A DNA stretch of 61,388 nt, filler included, from 8 parts of 8 records of this genome joined end to end with filler, not necessarily neighbours in it, one strand, 5' to 3'; counted from the whole stretch's first letter, positions 41,928 to 53,475 are shown. A program made the numbers and translations. The notes: generated by a model not told the origin, from the sequence alone.

Positions 41928-42677
41928 ATGGCATATGAACCACAGTATTATCCAGGAGCAACATCAGTTGCTGAAAACAGAAGAAAACACATGTCTGGTA
42001 AAGTCGAGAAACTCAGAGATGTCTCCGACGATGACCTGACACTTGTTCTCGGACACCGTGCACCAGGTAGCGACTACCCAAGCACCCACCCACCACTCGC
42101 AGAAATGGGCGAGCCAGAGTGTTCAGTCAGAGAAATGGTAGAACCAACACCAGGCGCAAAAGCTGGTGACAGAGTAAGGTATGTGCAGTTTGTTGACTCA
42201 ATGTACAATGCACCATCAACACCATACTTCAGGTCATACGCAGCAGCAATCAACTTCAGAGGTGTCGACCCAGGTACACTTTCCGGTCGTCAGGTTGTCG
42301 AAGCTCGTGAGAGAGACATGGAAGAACTTGCAAAGTTCCAGATGGAAACCGAGATGACATGCCCAGCACTTGCAAGTCTTAGAGGTGCAACAGTACACGG
42401 TCACTCACTCAGACTTCCTGAGGACGGCGTAATGTTCGACATGCTCGACAGGTGCAGAAAAGAAGGCGATGTAATCATCATGCACAAGGACCAGGTAGGA
42501 AGACCTATCGACAAGAAGGTAGACCTCGGAAAACCAATGTCCCCTGAAGAAGCAGCAAAGAGGACAACCATATACCGTGTTGACAACGTAGCATTCAGAG
42601 ATGACGCAGAAGTCATTGAATGGGTACACAGGGTATTTGACAAGAGAACCACATACGGCTTCAAGCCGGAGAACTGA
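41928..42677 (+). CDS. mcrG: Methyl-coenzyme M reductase gamma subunit
   Basis: [19 protein letters not shown] and [18 protein letters not shown]. Confidence 0.98.
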   Translation: MAYEPQYYPGATSVAENRRKHMSGKVEKLRDVSDDDLTLVLGHRAPGSDYPSTHPPLAEMGEPECSVREMVEPTPGAKAGDRVRYVQFVDSMYNAPSTPYFRSYAAAINFRGVDPGTLSGRQVVEARERDMEELAKFQMETEMTCPALASLRGATVHGHSLRLPEDGVMFDMLDRCRKEGDVIIMHKDQVGRPIDKKVDLGKPMSPEEAAKRTTIYRVDNVAFRDDAEVIEWVHRVFDKRTTYGFKPEN

Positions 42678-42687
42678 GGTGATTATA

Positions 42688-44406
42688 ATGGCAGACGACA
42701 GACAGAGAATGTTTGCAAAACACATGGCTCAGAAATACACAAAAGAGCATGGTAGCAACAAAATGGATGGTGGAGAAATCACCGACATGACTGTGGAATA
42801 CCACAGACTCGGTGTTGACCAGAATCCACGTAAAGTAGAGATGAGAAAGGCAGGTCAGGACCTCGCAGAGAAGAGAGGACTTGTCGGTTACAACCCAATG
42901 ATGCACTGTGGTGGTATACCACTCGGTCAGAGAGCACTCACACCATCTTTCCTTTCCGGAACAGATGACATGGTAGAGATCGATGACCTTCACTACGTCA
43001 ACAACTCTGCAATGCAGCAGATGTGGGATGACATCAGAAGGACTGTAATTGTCGGTATGGACATGGCACACGAGACCCTCGAGAAGAGGCTCGGTATCGA
43101 AGTCACACCAGAAACAATCAACCACTACCTTGAGACACTCAACCACGCACTTCCTGGTGGAGCAGTTGTCCAGGAACACATGGTCGAGACACACCCATCC
43201 CTTGTAGATGACTGTTTCGTCAAGATGTTCACCGGTGACGATGAACTTGCAGACGAGATCGACAGCCAGTTCCTTATTGACATCAACAAGCAGTTCCCTG
43301 CAGAGCAGGCAGAGCAGCTCAAAGCAGCTATTGGTAAGGCTTCCTTCCAGGCAGCACACATCCCAACAATTGTCAGCAGAACCACAGACGGTGGTCAGAC
43401 AAGCAGGTGGATGGCTATGCAGGTCGGTATGTCATTCATTTCAGCATACAGCATGTGTGCTGGTGAAGCAGCAGTAGCTGATCTTTCATACGCAGCAAAG
43501 CACGCTGGTGTTATTCAGATGGGAGAAATGCTTCCAGCAAGACGTGCACGTGCACCAAACGAGCCTGGAGGAATTCCATTCGGTCACATGGCTGATATCA
43601 TCCAGACCAGCCGTAAGACACCAGAAGACCCAGCAAACACTACCCTTGAGGTAGTTGGTGGAGCATGTATGCTTTACGACCAGATCTGGCTCGGTTCATA
43701 CATGTCTGGTGGTGTAGGTTTCACCCAGTACGCAACAGCAGCATACTGTAACAACATCCTTGATGACAACCTCTACTACAACGTAGACTACATCAACGAC
43801 AAGTACGATGGTGCAGCAAACACAGGTACAGACAACAAGATCAAGGCAGACCTTGAAGTAGTAAAGGACATCGCAACAGAGTCCACAATCTACGGTCTTG
43901 AGAACTACGAGAAGTACCCAACAACCCTCGAAGACCACTTCGGTGGATCCCAGAGAGCAACAAGCCTTTCAGCAGCAGCTGGTTCCGCTGTATCCCTGGC
44001 AACAGGAAACGGAAACGCTGGTCTGTCCGGCTGGTACCTCTGTATGTACCTCCACAAGGAAGCACACGGCCGTCTCGGTTTCTTCGGATACGACCTGCAG
44101 GACCAGTGTGGTGCTACAAACGTACTCTCATACCAGTCCGACGAAGGTCTTGCTCTTGAACTCCGTGGACCAAACTACCCTAACTACGCAATGAACGTAG
44201 GTCACCAGGGTGGTTACACAGCTATTGCATCCGCTGCTCACGCAGGACGTGGAGATGCATATGCAGTCAACCCACTTGTCAAGATCTGCTTCGCAGACGA
44301 CCTCCTTCCATTTGACTTCTCCAAGCCAAGGAAGGAATTCGCAAGAGGAGCTCTCAAAGAGTTCGAGCCTGCTGGTGAGAGATCACTCATCATTCCAGCA
44401 AAGTAA
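42688..44406 (+). CDS. mcrA: Methyl-coenzyme M reductase alpha subunit
   Basis: [63 protein letters not shown] and [12 protein letters not shown] at 42688 after GAGGTGA. Confidence 0.99.
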   Translation: MADDRQRMFAKHMAQKYTKEHGSNKMDGGEITDMTVEYHRLGVDQNPRKVEMRKAGQDLAEKRGLVGYNPMMHCGGIPLGQRALTPSFLSGTDDMVEIDDLHYVNNSAMQQMWDDIRRTVIVGMDMAHETLEKRLGIEVTPETINHYLETLNHALPGGAVVQEHMVETHPSLVDDCFVKMFTGDDELADEIDSQFLIDINKQFPAEQAEQLKAAIGKASFQAAHIPTIVSRTTDGGQTSRWMAMQVGMSFISAYSMCAGEAAVADLSYAAKHAGVIQMGEMLPARRARAPNEPGGIPFGHMADIIQTSRKTPEDPANTTLEVVGGACMLYDQIWLGSYMSGGVGFTQYATAAYCNNILDDNLYYNVDYINDKYDGAANTGTDNKIKADLEVVKDIATESTIYGLENYEKYPTTLEDHFGGSQRATSLSAAAGSAVSLATGNGNAGLSGWYLCMYLHKEAHGRLGFFGYDLQDQCGATNVLSYQSDEGLALELRGPNYPNYAMNVGHQGGYTAIASAAHAGRGDAYAVNPLVKICFADDLLPFDFSKPRKEFARGALKEFEPAGERSLIIPAK

Positions 44407-44419
44407 TTTTAAAACAAGT

Positions 44420-44452
44420 GCAGGCTTAATGCCTGCTACTTTCTCTTTTTTT
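44420..44452 (+). terminator. Hairpin + oligo-T terminator after mcrA
   Basis: GCAGGC-TTAAT-GCCTGC followed by TACTTTCTCTTTTTTT. Confidence 0.7.
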
Positions 44453-44668
44453 GGATTGTTTTTATTCTTCTGTTTTGGTATTTCATCCTGTTTTGTTCTT
44501 CTTTATTTTGCAGTGCTCATATGTTGCAAAGCATTATTTTTTACATTGCTTTATTAACTTTGATTTTATTTTCCAACAAACACGAGATGTGCGCTGTTAT
44601 TTATCGCGCAAACTTAGAAAACTACTAATAATTTGAAGAGCCTTGAAACTTAAAAAAGGTGCTAGAAA

Positions 44669-45805
44669 ATGTCTTTTCACGTGATGCTGATCCCCACCCT
44701 GGGTTGTCCAGGAGAATGTAATTACTGCTGGAGTTCCGAAGAAAAATCTCCTGTAATGAGTATCGAGACCATAAAAGAAGTAGTTGAATGGCTCAAAAAC
44801 TTCAAGGAGGATTCTGTTACTTTTACCTTCCATGGAGGAGAACCACTCCTGGCAGGCGCTGACTTTTACAGGGAGGCTTTACCAATCCTTGCTGAAGGGT
44901 CAAAGCCGAAGAAAGTGGCTTTTGCCATACAGACTAACCTCTGGAAGATGACAGACGAAATAGCTGAAATCTTTGCGGAATACAATATTCCAATCGGTTC
45001 CAGCCTTGACGGTCCCAAAGAGCTTAATGATTTCCAGAGAGGTGAGGGATATTTCGAAAAAACCATGCGTGGTTACCAGATAGCAAAAGAACACGGACTT
45101 TCCGTGAGGTTCATCACCACTTTCACTTCCCATTCCGAAAAATACAGGGAAGATATTTTCAATTTTTACCTGGAAAACGGCTGGACTCTCAAGTTCCACC
45201 CTGCTCTGCCCTCTTTGCGTGGCGCCGAACCCGAAAAATGGGCTCTTGATCCTGAAGAATACGGCAGGCTTCTGATTTACCTTCTGGACAAATACCTGGA
45301 AAATATAGACCAGATCGAAGTCATGAACATCGATCACCTATGTAAGGGTGTATTTAGTGGCAGAGGTGCTGTCTGTACCTTTGTGGACTGTATGGGTGAT
45401 GTCTTAGCCGTGGGTCCTGACGGAGGTATATATCCTTGCTATCGCTTTGTAGGCATGCCGGAATACGTCATGGGCAATGTACGTGACAACCCGGGCATTG
45501 AAGAACTTTCAAAGTCTGCTGCCTGGAAGCTCATGTTTGATTATAAAGAGTACGTGGACCAGAACTGCAGTGACTGCAAGCACATAAAATACTGCAGAGG
45601 TGGCTGCCCTTACAATGCCATAACCCCAACAGGCGGAGAAATAAAGGGAGTCGATCCCCACTGTATCTCTTATAAGATGATACTCGACGAAATAGCCGAG
45701 AGGGTCAATAATGAGATGTTCGGTGGATCAAACATGGAAATGGATTTCTTCCAGAACCCGATGAAGCCTTCAAAGCCAGGAATAATGGCCCTGATGTTTA
45801 AATGA
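44669..45805 (+). CDS. Radical SAM/SPASM enzyme, anSME-like (TIGR04083/Mhun_1560-like putative peptide-modifying family)
   Basis: CPGECNYC, FHGGEPLL, QTN and SLDG; SPASM CTFVDC..GPDGGIYPC..CSDCKHIKYCRGGCP..DPHC. Confidence 0.88.
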   Translation: MSFHVMLIPTLGCPGECNYCWSSEEKSPVMSIETIKEVVEWLKNFKEDSVTFTFHGGEPLLAGADFYREALPILAEGSKPKKVAFAIQTNLWKMTDEIAEIFAEYNIPIGSSLDGPKELNDFQRGEGYFEKTMRGYQIAKEHGLSVRFITTFTSHSEKYREDIFNFYLENGWTLKFHPALPSLRGAEPEKWALDPEEYGRLLIYLLDKYLENIDQIEVMNIDHLCKGVFSGRGAVCTFVDCMGDVLAVGPDGGIYPCYRFVGMPEYVMGNVRDNPGIEELSKSAAWKLMFDYKEYVDQNCSDCKHIKYCRGGCPYNAITPTGGEIKGVDPHCISYKMILDEIAERVNNEMFGGSNMEMDFFQNPMKPSKPGIMALMFK

Positions 45806-45824
45806 ATATAAGTGGAGCAAATCT

Positions 45825-45849
45825 CAGGCAGAAAAATTTTCTCTGCCTG
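45825..45849 (+). terminator. Hairpin downstream of radical SAM gene
   Basis: CAGGCAGA...TCTGCCTG inverted repeat followed by T-rich sequence. Confidence 0.5.
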
Positions 45850-45993
45850 TAATTATCCTTTCTTACATATTCTGTCTTTTCTTTTGTCCTTAAAGTGTTC
45901 AATACACATGGTAATGCTTAAATATTGCAAAACCATTCCATTTAACACTATCAATTATTGACTTTAATTTTTGTTTTAAAGGAGTGAAGCAAT

Positions 45994-47922
45994 ATGCAAT
46001 ACAGTCTGGGCATTGATGCCGGAGGAACTTTTACAGATGGTGTGATCATTCGGGATTCGGATGGAGTTATAATGGATGCCACAAAGGTTCTGACAACCTA
46101 CCCCGACCCCATTGGTGGAATTAAAAAAGTAATAGATTCACTGGATTCAGAATACGTACAGGATGTAAAACTGGTTTCGGTTTCGACAACCCTGTCCACT
46201 AATACTATACTTGAGGATACGGGTTTTCCTGTAGCTGTTATCCTTGTTGGCGACTACGTGATTCCCAAAGAGGGTTTCCCTGCACAATATCATGTCCAGT
46301 TAAGCGGAGGTCATACCAGTAACGGCGAGGAGGCTGCTCCACTTGATGAGGGAGGGGTGAAGTCGTTCGCTCTTGGAGTGAAGGATAACGTTGCGGCATT
46401 CTCTGTATCATCTTTCTTCAGCAATCGAAATTCAGAACATGAACTTCGTGTGAAGCAGATCATCCGTGAGTTGACAGGCCTGCCTGTTGTTTGCGGCCAC
46501 GAGCTTTCCCAGGAAGTCGGTGCATATGACAGGGCTATCACTGCATATCTCAATGCCCAACTCCTGCCGATAACCCATAAGTTCATCCAGTCCATCATGG
46601 ATGATATAAAGTCCAGGGGCATGGATGCAAACCTTCTTATGCTCAAATGTGACGGTTCGGTAGTTGGTATGGAGGAGGCTCTGGAGCGACCTATAGAATC
46701 TATATTCTCAGGACCTGCTGCCAGTCTTGTAGGTGCAGCCTTCCTAACGAAATATGACACTTGCGTGATGGTGGATGTAGGTGGTACCAGTACGGATGTT
46801 GCTCTGATCAGAAATGGTGTTCCTGAGCTGAGCGATCAGGGTGCTGTGGTGGGTGGCTGGAAGACAATGGTGAAAGCCATAAGGATGGAGACTTCTGCTA
46901 CAGGTGGTGACAGTCACGTATGGGTCAAGGACCAGAAATTCTATGTGGGTCCCAGAAGGGTTATTCCTCTGTGTCGTGCAGCCACCCTGTACACAGGATT
47001 CCTTGAGAAACTGAAAGAAGCCAAGTCACCATCAAGAAAACTTCTCTGTGAGAATGTACAGCCAACAAAATTCTTTGTGAGAACAGGATTGAGGCCACTG
47101 GAACTCTCAAAAACAGAGGATGAGATATATGATGTGATTCAGGGAAGCCCTGTTTCTTACATTGATATTTTCCAGAACCTGAAGAAACAGCCAAGTGTTC
47201 GTGCGCTTGACGGACTGATACAGAAGCGTGTTGTACAGTGTATTGGATTCACGCCAACAGATGCTCTGCATGTACTTGGTGATTTTAATAAATGGGAAAC
47301 CGAGGCTTCGATCATTGGTGCTGAAAGACTTGCAAAGCAATTGCGTGTCAGCAAGGAAGAGGTTGCCACCATGGTGAAAGAGAAGGTTGCAAAGAACATG
47401 GCATCCGACCTCATAACCTACCTTGTGGATGATATCCCGCAGACTGTTGTTGACCATATGCTCTCAGGGAATAATTTCACACGTTTTAAGGTAGAGACAC
47501 CTGTAATATTGCTTGGCGGGCCAGTGGTTGCCTACAAGGAGGAGATGGAAAAGCTCATTGATGCCAATGTAGTGGTTCCTGAACATGCCAGTGTTGGAAA
47601 TGCTGTCGGCGCCCTTGTTGGTAAGGGTATAAAACGTGTTGAGGTTCTTATCAAGAAGGACTTTGCGCCGATCACAGGTGAAGATGTTACCGATGAGGAA
47701 CTTAAAGGGGCAAAAGAGGTTATCAGCTACTTTGTATTCACACCAGAAGGAAGGAAGATTTTCCCTGATTACCTACAGGCTTTCGACTTTGCCCGAAACA
47801 GGGGAAAGGATCTCATAATGGATTATATGAAAGCTGCCGGTTACTCAAAGGATGAGGTCGAGATTGAAGTGACCAAAAAGGAACTCATGGTAAGGGACGG
47901 TGAGGAACCTGTTGAGACCAAG
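45994..47922 (+). CDS. Hydantoinase/oxoprolinase (HyuA-like) family protein, 3' truncated
   Basis: LGIDAGGTFTD, STTLSTN, SGPAAS, DVGGTSTD, GGDS, TPTDALH and VGNAVGA. Confidence 0.88.
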
Positions 47923-48022
47923 NNNNNNNNNNNNNNNNNNNNNNNNNNNNNNNNNNNNNNNNNNNNTTAATTAATTAANNNNNNNNNNNNNNNNNNNNNN
48001 NNNNNNNNNNNNNNNNNNNNNN
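47923..48022. other. Artificial contig linker
   Basis: N44-TTAATTAATTAA-N44. Confidence 0.99.
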
Positions 48023-48166
48023 GAATGCTCCCCATTCCATGCTGCGGCCATAAACTACGCCACCATCTTTGGCAATTAGTCGGAAGCCTGTGCAAGCCCG
48101 GCTGCTAAAGTTTACAACCAGTACTAAAGCTAGAAGTGCGAAAGCTAATTTTTTAAAACTGTTCAT
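48023..48166 (-). CDS. Choloylglycine hydrolase / linear amide C-N hydrolase family (N-terminal fragment)
   Basis: Signal peptide followed by the Ntn nucleophile A/CTG..DG.VVYGRSMEW. Confidence 0.85.
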
Positions 48167-48647
48167 TTTGTTAGATTTTGTTTTTGAATATTGTTTTTCT
48201 CTTGATGTTTATCATTTCTGCTGCGGAAATAGATCAGCGATATTTTTTTGTTAAACTCAATTGGTATTGCAAAAGCCCGGGTTAATTGGCCAATTAAGAA
48301 ACAATTATCCGGACACCAATTCCGGCTAATATGTTTTTACCGAAACAGGTGTAGTATTTTGTTTTGCTGTGTAGCTTGTAATTATTCGAATTGGGGCTGA
48401 TATAATGCATCTGGTTTTCATAATGATAGTTTTAAGGTGTTGCTATTGTCTGTTTTATGGGTGATGCTAAAATCATCGTTACCGATGGGTTCAGGTTCTT
48501 ATTGTCTGTTTTCTAATAGATACATTTTTTGGATTAATATTCTGTAACAATATACGATAATTCGAATAAATAATACAAATGTTCATCAAGGAAATACAAT
48601 ACATTGTTTGTAATAACCTTCTGAATAATCAACAAGAAAAGTTATGG

Positions 48648-48956
48648 CTATTTAACAAACTCGCTACTTCCTTGTGCACTAACGTTGAATTGCGACACAA
48701 TGGGTACAATTGTTCGTGTAATAAGCAGCCATTCTTCGGAAAGACTTATTGGAATTACAGGCTGTACATTGGTGGTTAATTTACTCCCTCCAAATTCTCC
48801 AATCCCCATGTCCATATTGTTCTGTATGGGCAAACTGATAAGGTTAGCAACAGGATTTGACAACTGTTTGGCCAATTCAGCATTTTGTGCCTTTAGCTGT
48901 ATGGCTGTTGCCGAAAGAAAAAGGGATAATACCAATGTTAGTTTTAGATATTTCAT
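48648..48956 (-). pseudogene. Truncated outer-membrane transporter-like protein
   Basis: Signal peptide + ELAKQLSNPVANLISLPIQNN..QPVIP..ITRTIVP. It stops at 102 aa, well short of a beta-barrel protein. Confidence 0.6.
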
Positions 48957-49194
48957 GATTATTTTTTAAGTTTTCTCTTCTGTTTGCTGAGCATTTGCCA
49001 AGGTGCTGATAAGGATGGCGAGGGCAAATAATTTTAAATTTTTCATGGTTGTTTATTTTATATTGTTACACTATTTAATTCATGTTTTTACGTTAATACA
49101 AGCCTTCTCACTAATTCTGTAAAAGTAGGTGTATAAGCATAATGTAACAATCCACTAAAGTTGATAATTTTGAAAAATGAGAATATATGTGTGC

Positions 49195-51871
49195 TTAATT
49201 AACATTCTCAAGCAAACCTAAGGCTTTCGCTTTATTGGCTGCTTTAATTCTATTTTCTACACCTAACTCGCGATAAATATTATAGAGGTATTTTTTAATC
49301 GATTCAGGAGATAGAAACATGGCTTCGGCAATTTCTTCATTTTTATACCCTCGTGAAACCATCTCTAATATTCTTATATCTCGGCTTTTTAAGCTGGATT
49401 TCGTTTCAACTAATTGAGATTTATTCTTGCTGTACCGTGTCTTTTTAATCACTTTAACTACTTCCTGTGCATGGCTATTGTTCCTTTCATTACTTGCAAT
49501 GGAAGTTGTAAGCTCAGCAATCTCATTTCCAAATTCGGTAAAAATAAGTAAGTCATGGTTGGAACTTGTTTTTATTATAATATCGCTTAATCCCTGATTA
49601 GCCTTGTCAGAGTTACCTTGTTTAAGGTTAGCCAGACAGTTTAATAGATCCAATTGAATTAACAGGTCTTGATTATTGCTTTTGCGGGCAAATGAAATTA
49701 AACGCTTGCTCATGGTACTAAACTCCTCAAGCTTTTCAGGGGTTAATTCAAACAGGAGCGTTTTTAAATAGGTAATTCTGGTGTAATAATAACGGTAACC
49801 ACGTAAAGTGGGAAACTCTTTATAATTCTGTTGGCTCAAAAGTTCGTTTATCTCCTTTGGTTTTTCTTTTTGCATGGCTATTTCTAAAGGAATAAATTTC
49901 AGAAACAAACTCATTTCTTCATTTTCCACTTCCAATGCATATTCTTCCAGTTCTCTTAGTGTTTTATTTAATTGAGAATGGTTGTTTGTTTTTAGCAGAA
50001 ACAGGGCTTTCAAATACCAAATTTGGATGAACCATGATATGCGCATATGATAGCGCAATGCATAACTTTTTTCAAAATATTCAGTTAATTCCTCCAACCT
50101 GAACTGCCGATATAAAATCTCAACCTGAGAATAATAGGCCATTCCTAATACTTCGTAAAAACTGTTTTTTTCGCAGATTTTAATAATAGTTGGAAGCAAA
50201 CTTTCCATATTGCTAAAATCGTTGCGATTTTTATAGAGCATTACTTTAGCAATCAGGAGTCGGGCTTTGCTGTATTCCTGATTGGGATGAAGCGCATCAA
50301 GCCTTGCATTTAAGAATTCTAAGCCATCTTCCATTGAGGCGGTTGCACTTAATACCTGGGATTTAAAAAACGTAAAATAGGTACTAAGTGACTCTGCTTT
50401 AAGATTATTGAAACAAACACCTTTCTCAAGATAACTCAATGCCTCAGTGTGCATACCTTGATAAACATATAACATGCCTTTGTAAATGTAGTACTCGGCT
50501 AAAGTCTGGGTTGAAATATTCTTGTCGGTTTCAAAATACTCACAACTATCAATAATGGGCTTAATTGCATTAAGCTTACCTTCAAATTGTAAAATAATGG
50601 TTCTTGCCATTAATAATTCAGGGAATTTGTTTGTCCAGCTGGCCGGAAAAATACCATAAATGGTTTTGAATCTATTGTATTGATCGCTGTTAAGTAATTC
50701 GTATTTATAGTCCTCAAAAAGGGAAATAGAAAATTGAGGGTCCTTGCTTTCAACTGCCGTTGCAACAGCCTCTTCAAAATATTTGTTTGCTGTTAACCAT
50801 TTACTTCCCGATATTACGTATTTATCAATTTGTTCGTTTGACAGTGTTTGTTTGCCATACGCTGACAGGGTTTCCTGAAATTGATGATGGAAACGATACC
50901 ATTTGTTTTGATCATCAAGCGATATAAGGAAGAAATTCTCTTTTTCAAACAATTGAATGATGTTGGCCGGAATGTTTTTATAAGTATGGCATTCGTGAAG
51001 AATATGGTATAACAACTTGCTGTTAAAGCGGCTAAACAAGGAGCAAATAATTAGCGAACTGCAAATGGCTTCGGATTGGCCTTTTATCAATTCATCAAGA
51101 AAAAAACGATCAAATATATTCGAAATGTCCTATCCTTTGTTTTCTTTGCCCTGAAGGTGATTGTCTAATTGTAAGATGCTTTGCCTTAAACCCATTATCC
51201 AACCATCGGTTTTAACAGCAATTGTATTTGTCACCTCATCCGAAAGTTCTTTATATAAACAGGTCTTTGCATATCTTTCTATTTCCGGTTTGGAAAGGGA
51301 AAGCTCTGTAGTATCTATTTTTTGCAAGTGATGCTTATGAAGGTATCGTTGAACTTTGAAGTCTGGCTCTTTTCGTGTCAGGATAAATATATGCAGCTTG
51401 TTAATTGGGTATTTAATCAGTAAATCAATTAGTGCAATAATTGAAGGATTTTGGATTAAATGAAAATCATCGAGTACTAAAATGTTTTTCTCCTTAAGCT
51501 CATTTAATTCGGAGATAAAACTAAATTGATAGGTTTTTTCAGGTACCTCATTTGTACTTTCCAAAAAAAGAACGTGTGTTTTTGAATTCAAGCTGCGCTG
51601 ATTTGCAAATGCCTTCAACAAGGTAACTAATGAACACTTGTAATTGATCTAAGTTTTCATCACACGAAAGCCAGGTGTATTTATAGGAAATGTTTTCCAA
51701 CCACTCACTTACAAGCGTACTCTTTCCAAATCCGGCCCCGGCAGATATTAGGGTTGATGGAAGATGTAGCCCATCATCGAGTTTTTTATGTAAATGAGTT
51801 CGTTCAAAATAAATTTGAAAACACTTCGGACGGTTTAATTTCGTTCGAAGGATAGGAACATTGTTTACCAT
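49195..51871 (-). pseudogene. MalT-like (STAND NTPase + LuxR HTH) regulator, interrupted by a frameshift and an in-frame TAG
   Basis: Three ORFs join into one protein: RTKLNRP..AGAGFGKS (Walker A); LVLDDFH..TDGW; WYRFHHQF..LuxR HTH. The frameshift is at the A7 run 51563-51569 and the TAG at 51130-51132. Confidence 0.8.
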
Positions 51872-51969
51872 ATTGTTGTGTTTCGCAATACAATAATGGT
51901 AAATTAAATGAATAATTACAAAATATGTAGGAATTTGGCACCCAGATATTTCTACGGGCTATTCGCTTA

Positions 51970-52710
51970 TTAAAGAGCAAATTCTACCTCTTTAAACATA
52001 AATTCGGTTACCTTGCCGCAACGATCTTCGAGCTGCAACTGCCCAAATGAACCTATCCCCGCAATTCTGGCTTCAAATACATCTCCGTCTCTTCGGTACA
52101 GGTGCCATCCCGATTTTCTGAACAATACAGCTGAATACATCTCATCAATTTTTTTATACTCTCCTTTTTGGAGCATTAGCACCAACCCTTTAAATTCCAT
52201 CAGAAAGTTTTTTAGCAATTCCCTGGTATTAATTTCTTTTTGAATGAGTTGCTTTAAAGAAACAGGATTTGGAGCATCAGACATAAATTCAACCTGATTA
52301 ACATTCAGGCCAATACCAATTACAGATGTATCCAACTTTGCCCCTTTTATGGTATTTTCAATCAGCATTCCGGCTATTTTCTTATCATGCACATACACAT
52401 CGTTGGGCCATTTTACCTTAACACCCTTAACAATACTACCCAGCACTTTGGCCAAAGCCAGGCTTACAACTTTCGAAATATAAAACTGTTGGCCTGCCTC
52501 CAAAAAATCAGGATAAAAAATCAAACTAAAAAGCAGGTTCTTATTGGCTTCACTTTCCCAGTAATTGCCTTGTTGTCCTCTTCCTTTGCTCTGATAGTGT
52601 GCCAAAACGACAGTCCCGTTCTCTGCCTTTTCTGCTATCAATTGCTTGGCATAGTTGTTGGTACTATCCACCTCACTTAAAACAAGGATATTTTCGTCAG
52701 TTAAAAACAT
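51970..52710 (-). CDS. birA: Biotin--[acetyl-CoA-carboxylase] ligase (no HTH)
   Basis: VDSTN, QSKGRGQQGNYW, KWPND, KIAGMLIE and GIGLNVN. Confidence 0.95.
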   Translation of the reverse strand: MFLTDENILVLSEVDSTNNYAKQLIAEKAENGTVVLAHYQSKGRGQQGNYWESEANKNLLFSLIFYPDFLEAGQQFYISKVVSLALAKVLGSIVKGVKVKWPNDVYVHDKKIAGMLIENTIKGAKLDTSVIGIGLNVNQVEFMSDAPNPVSLKQLIQKEINTRELLKNFLMEFKGLVLMLQKGEYKKIDEMYSAVLFRKSGWHLYRRDGDVFEARIAGIGSFGQLQLEDRCGKVTEFMFKEVEFAL

Positions 52711-52764
52711 ATAAAATCAAAAGTAAACCATTCTTGCAAAAAAATGGTTAATTGACAAAAAGAT

Positions 52765-52772
52765 TATCTTTG
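52765..52772 (+). promoter_or_regulatory. Bacteroidota -7 promoter box (TAnnTTTG)
   Basis: TATCTTTG about 20 nt upstream of the rsfS ATG. Confidence 0.6.
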
Positions 52773-52791
52773 TGTGGTACAACAAAAATAT

Positions 52792-53163
52792 ATGAAGAAG
52801 AAATCGGAAGAATCTAAAATTTTAATAGAAGCAATTCTTGAAGGTATTGACAGAAAAAAAGCAAAAGATATTAAACTTGTTGACCTGGAGAGTATACAAC
52901 ATACGGAATGCGGACACTTTATTATTTGCCATGGAACATCCTCTACACATGTTGATTCAATTGCACACTCGGTTGAAGAAACAGTTAAAGAAATTACAGG
53001 TGAAGAAATTTGGCACCGCGATGGATACCGAAATGCAATTTGGATACTTTTAGATTATGGCGATGTAATGGTACACGTTTTTCAGGAAGAAGCCAGAACG
53101 TTTTACAACCTTGAAGGCCTGTGGGCCGATGCAAAAATTATAAACATTGAAGTAGAAGAATAG
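52792..53163 (+). CDS. rsfS: Ribosome silencing factor
   Basis: KKAKDI, FIICHGTS..HV and WILLDYGDVMVHVF..RTFYNLEGLW. Confidence 0.95.
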   Translation: MKKKSEESKILIEAILEGIDRKKAKDIKLVDLESIQHTECGHFIICHGTSSTHVDSIAHSVEETVKEITGEEIWHRDGYRNAIWILLDYGDVMVHVFQEEARTFYNLEGLWADAKIINIEVEE

Positions 53164-53169
53164 AAGATC

Positions 53170-53475
53170 ATGACAGATAAACAAAATAACAAGAAAGGCC
53201 AGAACAACTTGAACAATCCTTTTGGCCGGTTAAATCCGAACAAAAAAGACGGTAAGCAGCCAAAGTTTAATGCTTACTGGATTTACGGTATTATAGCCGT
53301 AGTATTTTTAATTGTGCAATATTATATTAGTACAAGCCGGGGCCCGGTAGAAACAACCTGGAGTAAAGTAAAAACTACAATGTTGGCCAGCAATGATGTG
53401 GAGCGTATTGTTGTTGTAAACGAAGAAAAAGCTAATATTTACATAAAAAAAGAAAGGCTTAAAAATTACGAGCAG
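53170..53475 (+). CDS. ftsH: ATP-dependent zinc metalloprotease FtsH (N-terminal fragment)
   Basis: KFNAYWIY + TM + DVERIVVVN; conserved birA-rsfS-ftsH synteny in Bacteroidota. Confidence 0.82.

Noticed and set aside
42601..42687. N-terminal extension of McrA in the ORF track (601 aa)
   Set aside because: It overlaps mcrG. The ATG at 42688 with a GAGGTGA RBS gives a normal 572-aa McrA.
44407..44668. Possible RiPP precursor peptide for the radical SAM enzyme
   Set aside because: The region is T-rich terminator/promoter-like DNA. The ORFs crossing it are low-complexity Phe/Leu-rich artefacts.
40000..48200. Archaeal mcr operon apparently embedded among bacterial genes (horizontal transfer)
   Set aside because: The mcr block is bounded by linkers on both sides, so the adjacency is an artefact of concatenation.
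51130..51132. In-frame TAG as pyrrolysine or stop-codon recoding
   Set aside because: This is a Bacteroidota contig where TAG terminates rsfS normally, and the same gene also carries a frameshift. The methanogen contig is unrelated.
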